Shown: positions 51,201 through 61,112 of the stretch, one piece after another
How positions within the stretch are numbered: position 1 is the stretch's first letter
Layout of the letters: each line of letters begins with the position of its first letter
Source of the DNA: Lingula anatina
Taxonomy: Eukaryota > Animalia > Brachiopoda
DNA length: 64,000 nt
Direction of reading: 5' to 3'
NCBI GenBank assembly: GCA_051362555.1
Contig: CM120643.1
Span: forward strand, 9,982,001-10,046,000
Notes under the pieces: model-generated
Told to the model about the DNA's origin: nothing
The model's database searches: none
The model's input: the letters and a program-made list of their open reading frames with translations, nothing else
Made by a program: the position numbers and the translations under genes

Positions 51201-51596
51201 TGCATTTTTTGTTCTTCAGATTAAATCTAAAATTGGTTTTAAAATTTGTAAATGAAAAATTTGAAATTAACACAAAGCATTTTCATCATAATGACACGAA
51301 ATATTAATATGAGTGAATTCTGTAGCTGCCAATTTTCATATGTATTATTTCCGTTCAAAATCAAAAGGTTAATATCACCTGTCGGCCTGTTATTTGTCCA
51401 ATGAATCCAGTCCTGTTCAAAGACTGTTCTATTTTCTCATCTTTTATGATCGGAGTACATGAATTCTCCAGTGAATATTTACATTGTTTCATCACAATTC
51501 TCTGCCATTAAAGATGTCATATAATAAAAAATATATCGAAAATTTGTCTTTGCTTGTAGAGTAAAATAAATGCTACTTGAATGACTGCGCGTCTTT

Positions 51597-52112
51597 GGGG
51601 GTAACAGGTAGGGCAAGTCCATTTCATTTGAGGGGTGACAGGTGGGGCGAGTCCATTCCATTTGAGGGGTGACAGGTGGGGTGAGTCCATTTCATTTGAG
51701 GGGTGTCAGGTGGGGCGAGTCCATTCTTCTTGAGGGGTGACAGGTAGGAAAAGTCCATTTCACTTGAGGGGTGTCAGGTGGGGCGAGTCCATTCTACTTG
51801 AGGGGGTGACAGGTAGGGAAAGTCCATTCCATTTGAGGGGTGACAGGTGGGGCAAGTCCATTTCATTTGAGGGGTGACAGGTGGGGCGAGTCCATTTCAT
51901 TTGAGGGGTGACAGGTGGGGCGAGTCCATTTCATTTGAGGGGTGACAGGTAGGAAAAGTCCATTCCACTTGAGGGGTGTCAGGTGGGGCGAGTCCATTCT
52001 ACTTGAGGGGGTGACAGGTAGGGAAAGTCCATTCCATTTGAGGGGTGACAGGTGGGGCAAGTCCATTTCATTTGAGGGGTGACAGGTGGGGCGAGTCCAT
52101 TCCGTTTGAGGT
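51597..52112. repeat. G-rich 34-bp minisatellite, about 15 units
   Basis: Consensus GAGGGGTGACAGGTGGGGCGAGTCCATTTCATTT. Confidence 0.95.
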
Positions 52113-53052
52113 GTGATATGCATGTTGTTACAAAAAAATAGAATTTCAAATATTAGAAATTAGAAAATAGATTTTCAAAATTTTATCAAAAATTTATACT
52201 TTTTATTGAAATTTAGACATACTTTCAGCGGGTTACACTTTAAACGCCTGATTTTACATATACAAAATACTGGGCATATTAACAAAGCTTTTAAACTAAT
52301 TCAACTTTAAATATCTCCAAATTTCATAGAAAACTGTCAATTCCAAAGACAATTAGACCATTTTTACAGATTGAATTTGAAAGTGCTCAAACAGGTATCA
52401 CACCTATGTAATCTTTCCCCTTTCCCTTTTTTTACTGTACTGTATATTTTATATCAATATGAAAAAATAACGAGGAATTAAAGACATGTTTATTCGGATT
52501 TATCAAAAGATATACATGAAATTGAGTATGATATATGTCAACCAAAGACCTTGTTGCTTGCAGGCCCATGTTGCGCAGTTTCTCCGCGGTTTTTCTGAAA
52601 TGACAAAATAACACATACAAAATTTGATTTAATTGACAGGCTAAGATCATTTTGACTTATTCTACAGAAGCACATAACATCTCATTTAAAAATATGGTTT
52701 TTAGAATATATTAAATAAATTACACATAATTTGAATGAAAGTACAATCAAGTTTTAATATAGTTGGTCGTGTAATAAAGGGACAGAATACGGCAAACTGG
52801 AGACGACAGACAACTTGCGTAAACACTTAGTCGGTAAATCTTCGTGTAATGAGCAATTGACATGTGCTTGTGCCCGTGTGTTTACATGTGTACTGCATTA
52901 AATTAAAAATTACTTACCTTACAAAAAGATCTTTGACAGCATGTTAAACTTAAGCAAAAATGAATTGTCCAAGTTTGCTCTGAAACAAGTAAATAATTAA
53001 ATAAAAACTACTACAATGAGAACTATAAAAGCTGTTTGTATCCTAATGCTTG

Positions 53053-53054
<2 letters not shown>

Positions 53055-53101
<47 letters not shown>

Positions 53102-53109
53102 GTAATAAT
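53055..53109. repeat. (TAA)n microsatellite
   Basis: Direct read. Confidence 0.95.
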
Positions 53110-53995
53110 TTATTGCTAAAATAGCTCTAATTAAGGTCTTGGTGCTGTTTACAAATATACATATAACTCAAGAATGTTATTTTAATTTTGCTGAAAAGTA
53201 TCATAATCGTTACTGTCGTCAAAAGAGACTTATCCGTATCCAAAGCTCAGAACTGTGACAAGTATTACTATCTAATTTAATCAGTTTTCTTTGACATGAA
53301 AACATGTTAATTTTAGTCACAAATGCGTCTTTAAATGTCCGGGCCATACAAAATTTTTCACACATTACGCAGAACTAAATAGCTAGTTTTAAAGATTTCA
53401 AGCATACTTCGTTCTTCATCAATGGCCAGCTGATAGCACTATTTTACAGTTCTAAAACCTTGTAACCAATACATTCTAATATTCTGAGGGACATACAAGT
53501 ACCGATCGGCATAATATCACAACGAAACGCGTCACAAATATCTACCATAAATTTTCTTTCATTCGTATTGTATTGAGGGAGGTTATTGAAGAAATAGTGC
53601 TACTTACATACGATATGTATTTGCTTCTACGCTTTATAAAAGCTGGAACTTGCGAATGCACCACACACAATGTTGCATCTTCACTCAACTGTGCCCAACT
53701 GCGGAGTGAGTATTCAGGAAGACAGCTCGAACTACGACCAGCAACGTATTGTTATGCAAATAACAGGTTTGGCCCATTTTAGGTGAGAGATTTTGGCTAA
53801 AACTGCTCACAGATGTTCACTGTCAAAATGTTACAAGTACATTATTGATACAGCTGAAGTCCACTCGTTCTTAAAATATACTGCTTAATTACAGGTAAAA
53901 TACAAGAACTACTTTTTAGAAAACATAATCGAATGATGCGTTTTTATGACTCTTCATATATCTTAATTATGGCCCAAGATCCACAGTAATTTATA

Positions 53996-55954
53996 GGGGA
54001 GACCTGTAACATGAAAATCTGACTCCCATGAAAATCTGACTCCCCCCATGAAAATTTGACTCCCCTCCACAAAACTTCATAAATCTTATTTTATTTGAGT
54101 ATATGACTGTGAACTTGTAGTATGTAAAATGGAGGATACATTGGCACTTTTTTTAGTTTGCAGGTGAAAATTTTCATAAAAAAAATAAGAACATTAAAAA
54201 TGTGCACTTAAACGCCCATTGTTTCCCTTATGAAAAAGCTATTTATTTGATACTGGATGATCATTTCAACATCTTTCCTTTAAATTTACTTTATGAAGAT
54301 TATATTGGAAATATTTGAAAGTTTGATGGTAAACTATTGGGTGAAAAAACTAAAAAAAACATGAAAAATAAGAAAATTAAAAATGTGCATTTTATCACCC
54401 AGTGACTCCCCTGTGAAAAAGCTATCTATTTAATATTTGATGATCATTTCAACACCTTTCCTTTACTTTTACTTTATGAAGATTATATTGGAAATATTTG
54501 AAAGACTAGGGGAGTCAAAATCCTACGGGTAAAGGAATGCAAATTTATTGTCCATTTAAAATCATCAATCTCTATTTTTCATTCAGCTTTGGGAAAAACA
54601 ACAGCAAATATAAAATAGGGCCTTTCCCTAATGGGAGTCCATGGGAGTCCAAATCCCATGCATATTAAAATGAAGATTTCCATAAATTTTTTTAATTTAA
54701 TTTTCACCCAATTTTTTACCATCAAACTTTCAAGTACTTTCAATATATTCTTCATAAAGTGTCATTAAAGAAATAATAATCAAATACAATGTCAGAATAA
54801 CAATCAAATAACATAGCTTTTTCTATATAGGGGAGTCATTGTGTGTTAAAATAAAATCTTTAATTTTTCTCATTTTTCATGTGTTTTTTTTTCACCCAAT
54901 TTTTACCATCAAACTTTCAAGTACTTCCAATATAAATTTCATAAAGTATCCTAAAAGGAAAGATGTTGAAATGGTAATCAAATTTCAAATAAATAGCTTT
55001 TTCATAGGGGAGTCCTTGGGTGGTAAAATACAAATCTTTAATTTTTTATTTTTTTCATGAAAATTTTCACCTGCAAACTTACAAAAAGTGCCAATGTGTC
55101 CTCCATTATGCATACTACAAGATCATAGTCATTTACTCAAATTAAATGAGATTTATGAATGATTTATGTGGTAAAATACAAATCTTTAATTTTTTATTTT
55201 TTTCATGAAAATTTTCACCTGCAAACTTACAAAAAGTGCCAATGTGTCCTCCATTATGCATACTACAAGATCTTAGTCATTTACTCAAATTAAATTAGAT
55301 TTATGAATGTTTTTTTTGGGGGGGGAGTCAAAATTTCATAGGGGGAGTCAGATTTTCATAATGAAAATCTGACTGGGGAGTCACATTTTAGGGTGGTCAG
55401 ATTTTCATGGTACACCGGGGCTAGTTGGACCCCGGGGTATTTTTTTATTTTTCGTTTTCATTCATTAAAAACCTGCTTTGTACCATTATTAATTTATTCT
55501 TAATTAAAACAAAACAAGTTTTATTAATAGATATTTTGGTTCTTGCAACACATACAGCCTGACGTACGGAAACCTCAATAAATTTGCCTCATTTGAACTA
55601 TTTATTCATCTAAGTCTCTCGAAAATCAATTTAATAAATTAAAAATGTGTAAAGATGTATTTCAATGCATTTACATGAGGTGCGTACTTCATTTTCGTAT
55701 AGGGTGCCAACTTGCCACTACCCTGGGGCCAAAGTTGGCCCCCCTGACGTCAATTCCTTTTTTTTTTTTTTTTTTTTTTTGTCAAATTGTGAGACATCTG
55801 GCATAATATTTGAAAAATAATGACTTTGCATACCTAGCTTAGTTGAAGGGGCTTACTTTGAAACCGGTTTTGTTACTGTAACTCATTCCTAGTTGGCTCT
55901 ACAAGGCCAAAAGTACACATGTATCTGGCTGGGCCAACTAGCCCCGGTCTCCCC
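53996..55954. mobile_element. TA-flanked MITE (TIR GGGGAGACCGGGGCTAGTTGG) whose left TIR is split by a foldback element
   Basis: The right TIR CCAACTAGCCCCGGTCTCCCC is intact; the left TIR is present as 53996-54004 plus 55415 onward. Confidence 0.82.
54005..55414. mobile_element. 1410-bp TGT...ACA foldback element with modular long inverted repeats (possibly Ginger-like, non-autonomous)
   Basis: TGTAACATGAAAATCTGAC / GTCAGATTTTCATGGTACA; repeated GACTCCC subterminal motifs; arms 54005-54500 mirror 54690-55414. Confidence 0.75.
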
Positions 55955-56866
55955 TATAATGAACCCATTGGTAGAAATAGTTTAATATGGACACGACAAA
56001 TGGGTCCTTTCTATATAACTCGTTACTAACATCGCAATCCCGAACAAAGTTGTATTCGTCACACTTGAAAAAAAGGTTTTACGTTGACAACATGCTTTCT
56101 AACCACTATGTAAGCCTTAAAAAACAAAGATTCGATGAGAGAAAAAAATTCAATTAGTACATGTATATGGGATTTCGATTTTTTTATGATTTCCAAAAGA
56201 GGCAACACCGATGACATGGCTATTTTAACGCCTTTTTAACACCTCTGGGGTCTCCCTTTGTTGTTTGAAGTATAAATTTTAACTTTATTAAACTTTTCAA
56301 AAACGATTCTGATGCCCATTAACCAGTAACTATTCTGGCAGCCAGAAACTAGTGTCGATTTTCAAAAACGATTCCGGGAAGTCAGAATCGTTTTTGCGGA
56401 GGGAACAGGAGTGGACAGAGCGTCTACCGCGACCAATTTAGGTCCACCTTCACCGCAGAAGATGCTACTATCTCTCTGTCGACCGCCGATCGTTGTTTAC
56501 TATAAGATATCCTAGGTAAATAATACCAAGGAGTTATAACAGACTCCTTGATAATACTAACTTGAACTTATTTTTTTATACAACGTTGTAGATTTTATTT
56601 ATGAATTTCGCTCAGTTGGTTATATGCAATTTACAGTTACTAAAAGTAATTTAATGAAACAACGCACCGAACATTTTCTTTTGGAATTTTCAAAACAAGA
56701 AAATCTTGATAAAATACAAATATAGACCAATTCTTTGAATTATTTTACTCAACTTTAATATGTGTGTTTTATTCCTGCATGGTCAGTTAAAATATTAGTT
56801 CTGTAGAGTTTACTTAAGGAAATTTACTTTTTGATGAAACATACAAGACAATTCAATGAATGTGTG

Positions 56867-57121
56867 CAGTGGCGGATTTAGTTGGGGAGTCAGGGGGGTC
56901 CTGACCCCCTTTGATTTCTGGAAAAAGTCACACCAATGGGATCCCCTATTGAAATTAGAATTTTGACTAGTTGAATCATAGTTGAATACCGTACCAAATG
57001 ACACCGTTCGCCCTCTAAAAAGCCAGTACCCTTCAGTGGACCCCGAATTCCACGCCAGGGGGGTGGCTTCGCATCCGGGCACCCCCCCCCCCCCTTTCAA
57101 ATAATCCTGGATCTACCCCTG
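56867..57121. mobile_element. hAT-like MITE (CAGTGGCGGAT...ATCTACCCCTG)
   Basis: Imperfect TIRs with G-rich/C-rich subterminal tracts; TSD not recognisable. Confidence 0.55.
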
Positions 57122-58393
57122 GATGGTATGAAACCTTAACATTTTCACTTATAAGTGTCCATGTTTGTTTCAAAAAGTAGAAAGAAAGAAAGAAAGAAAT
57201 ATCAATAACCTTACGGTTGTACCGTAAAATTGAATGAAAATCCTGTCTTTTTTGTCACAATCCCGCCACAGTTCTTTCATTCTACCTATGATGGCTGATT
57301 TATATGCCCAGTCACACAATTTCAAGTATGTTGACTTTGAAAATGCGCTTTTATTTTTATTCATTTTTGCTGTGTGTGTGTGTGTGTGTGTCATTATCAC
57401 TTTATCAACCCCTAATCCTCTTTCCGAGATGGACTGTTGTGCCTTCTCATAAACTAGAATATAATTCAAACCGAAGCGTCCGCGCGGAAAGTAGGTGACC
57501 TCTTCATTATTATGTAAATCAGGTGAGCGTTTTGGTGAGAGGTGCTCAGATAGGACCAAGGTCAGTAGAAGATGGAGAAGAAGGATGTCCCGTGCCATAT
57601 TACCGCTATTGCCACATGAAGACCGAAAAGATGGTACTGAAACCGGTAGCAGAATCTCGTAAGTTCCGTACAGATGATAGAAAATGTATTGTAGCATTTC
57701 TTAGTTTTGCATTGACGATATTTTCCCGAAATGGTGCACCCGAGGCATAATAATCACGGGGACATCTAACTGACGTGAAGGATACTTTCTCTTAGCTTTC
57801 CCTCAGTGCCTTAGCTTTCCACGAGGGTTCAATATGAATATATATATGTAATAAATTTCTATAATTTTAAAGCTTAATTCCGATTTGTTAATTATAACCC
57901 AAGGGATACTGACACGAAGTGCTGTAATGGACATGCAATGATTTATCAGATATTTCGATATTGTTTCATGAATGTGAATTTATTCATTTAATTCCAGTGA
58001 CTCTAAGTACCGTTTACGAAGATACCAGAAGCGTCCTACTCAGAGACGAGTTTCGTGTTCGACACATACAGCCCCACACCCATGCCAAGATCGCCTCCTA
58101 TATCGACGTTTGTCTGCTCGTTAATTTGCAGGGACGACGTTTAGTACGGAATGTTATGTTTGCTTTTGGTTGTAGTATTCTGCTTCAAAAATTATAGCAA
58201 ATTAAAAGTCGAATGTAATGGGCTTTTTATTTATGAAACTTCTCATAGAAAGATAATCCATACTAAAGTATCCACACAAATTCAATCCAAACTAAGCGTC
58301 CACCCTGCATAATGCTGGTTTGCTCCTTTTGGTAATTGTATGTTACTATGTCGTATTACTGTGCTCTGTCTGCTCATGGTGTGATGACGGCCA

Positions 58394-61112
58394 TTTATTA
58401 TCCCCGCACTTTTGGGACAAAAGTCGGGGATCATGTTATCCCGCCCGTCCGTGCGTCTGTGCGTCCGTGCGTCCGTGCGTCTGTGCGTCCGTGTGTTGGT
58501 AATTTCCGCTATCTCCTCTTAGACCATTACAGATAGGAAACTGAAACTTTTGGAATTGGTAGACCCATCTTCAGGGATGTGCATGGGCACATTGGAATTT
58601 TAGTGCAACAGGGGGTTGGGCTGTCCCTGGGGGGGGGGAGCTGATTCAAAATTCTTATGCCATTGTAATATCTGCTATCTCCTCCTAGACTATTAGAGAT
58701 AAGAAATTGAAACTTTTGGAATTGGTAGACCCATCTTCAGGGATGTGCATGGGCACATTGGAATTTTATTGCAACATGGGGTTGGGCTGTCCCTGGGGGG
58801 GTAGTTGATTCAAAATTCTTATGCCATTGTAATATCTGCTATCTCCTCCTAGACTGTTAGAGATAAGAAATTGAAAGTATGGGAATTGGAAGATCCATCA
58901 TCAGGGATGTGCATGGGCATTTTGGAATTTTAGTGCCAAAGGGGGTTGGGCTGTCCCCGGGGGGTGGTTGATTCTAAATTCTTATAACATTGTAATTTCT
59001 TCTATCTCCTCCTAGACCATTGCATGTAGGAAGTTGAAACTATTGGAATTGGTAGACCCATAATCAGGGATGTGCATGGGCACATTGGAATTAAAGTGCA
59101 ACAGGGGGTTGGGCTGTCCCTGGGGGTTAGATGATTCAAAATTCCAATGACATTGTAATTTCTGCTATCTCCTCCTAGACCATTGCATGTAGGAAGTAGA
59201 AACTTTGGGGATTGGTAGACCCATAATCAGGGATGTAAATTGGCACATTGGAATTTTAGTGCAACATGGGGTTGGGCTGTCCCTGGGGGGGTAGTTGATT
59301 CAAAATTCTTATGCCATTGTAATATCTGCTATCTCCTCCTAGACTGTTAGAGATAAGAAATTGAAAGTATGGGAATTGGAAGATCCATCATCAGGGATGT
59401 GCATGGGCATTTTGGAATTTTAGTGCCAAAGGGGGTTGGGCTGTCCCCGGGGGGTGGTTGATTCTAAATTCTTATAACATTGTAATTTCTGCTATCTCCT
59501 CCTAGACTATTGCATGTAGGAAGTTGAAACTTTGGGGATTGGTAGACCCATAATCAGGGATGTAAATTGGCACATTGGAATTTTAGTGCAACATGGGGTT
59601 GGGCTGTCCCTGGGAGGGTAGTTGATTCAAAATTCTTATGCCATTGTAATATCTGCTATCTCCTCCTAGACTGTTAGAGATAAGAAATTGAAAGTATGGG
59701 AATTGGAAGATCCATCATCAGGGATGTGCATGGGCATTTTGGAATTTTAGTGCCAAAGGGGGTTGGGCTGTCCCCGGGGGGTGGTTGATTCTAAATTCTT
59801 ATAACATTGTAATTTCTGCTATCTCCTCCTAGACTATTGCATGTAGGAAGTTGAAACTTTTGGAATTGGTAGACCCATAATCAGGGATGTGCATGGGCAC
59901 ATTGGAATTAAAGTGCAACATGGGGTTGGGCTGTCCCTGGGGGGTAGTTGATTCAAAATTCTAATGACATTGTAATTTCTGCTATCTCCTCCTAGACTGT
60001 TAGAGATAAGAAATTGAAACTTTTGGAATTGGTAGACCCATCTTCAGGGATGTGCATGGGCACATTGGAATTTTATTGCAACATGGGGTTGGGCTGTCCC
60101 TGGGGGGTAGTTGATTCAAAATTCTAATGACATTGTAATTTCTGCTATCTCCTCCTAGACCATTGCATGTAGGAAGTAGAAACTTTGGGGATTGGTAGAC
60201 CCATAATCAGGGATGTAAATTGGCACATTGGAATTTTATGCAACAGGGGGTTGGGCTGTCCCTGGGGGGTAGTTGATTCTAAATTCTTATGCCATTGTAA
60301 TATCTGCTATCTCCTCCTAGACCGTTAGAGATAAAAAAATGAAACTTTGGAAATAGGAAGATCCATCATCAGGGATGTGCATGGGCATTTTGGAATTTTA
60401 GTGCCACAGGGGGCTGGGCTGTCCCCGGGGGGGTGGTTAATTCTAAATTCTTATAGCATTGTAATTTCTGCTATCTCCTCCTGGACTATTGCAAGTAGGA
60501 AGTTGAAACTTTTGGAATTGGTAGACCCATCTTCAGGGATGTGCATGGGCACATTGGAATTTTAGTGCAACAGGGGGTTGGGCTGTCCCTGGGGGGGGGG
60601 GTAGTTGATTCTAAATACTTCTGACATTGTAATTTCTGCTATCTGCTCCTAGACCGTTAGAGATGGGAAATTGAAACTATGGGAATTGGAAGATCTATCA
60701 TCAGGGATGTGCATATACACTTTGGAATTTTAGTGCCACAGGGGGTTGGGCTGTCCCTGGGGGCTGGTTGATTCTGAATTCTTTTCACATTGTAGTTTCT
60801 GCTATTTTCTCCTAGACCATTGCAGGTAGGAAGTTGAAACTTTGGTGATTAGTATACCCATCATCGGAAATGTGCATAAGCACTTTTGAATTTTAGTGCA
60901 ACAGGGGGTTGGGCTGTCCCTGGGGGTTGGTTGATTCTAAATTCTTTTAACATTGTAGATTTTTTTACATTTATTTCGAAATACCTTTGGATGAAGCAGT
61001 GATGTGTGTGTATGTGTGTGCGTACGTGTGTGCGTACGTGCGTGTGTATGTGAGCTGCTCTATGGGGAAGTGCGGGGATATGCGATGGCTACCCATCGAC
61101 ACCATCTAGTTT
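58394..61112 (+). mobile_element. HINE/DINE-like element with internal ~163-bp satellite array (15 units, 58501-60957)
   Basis: subTIR ATCCCCGCACTT (58400-11) with local inverted copy, (GTCC/GTGC)n microsatellite, tandem array, 3' subTIR AAGTGCGGGGAT (61068-79), CGATGG-ctac-CCATCG hairpin, CTAGTTT end. Confidence 0.85.
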
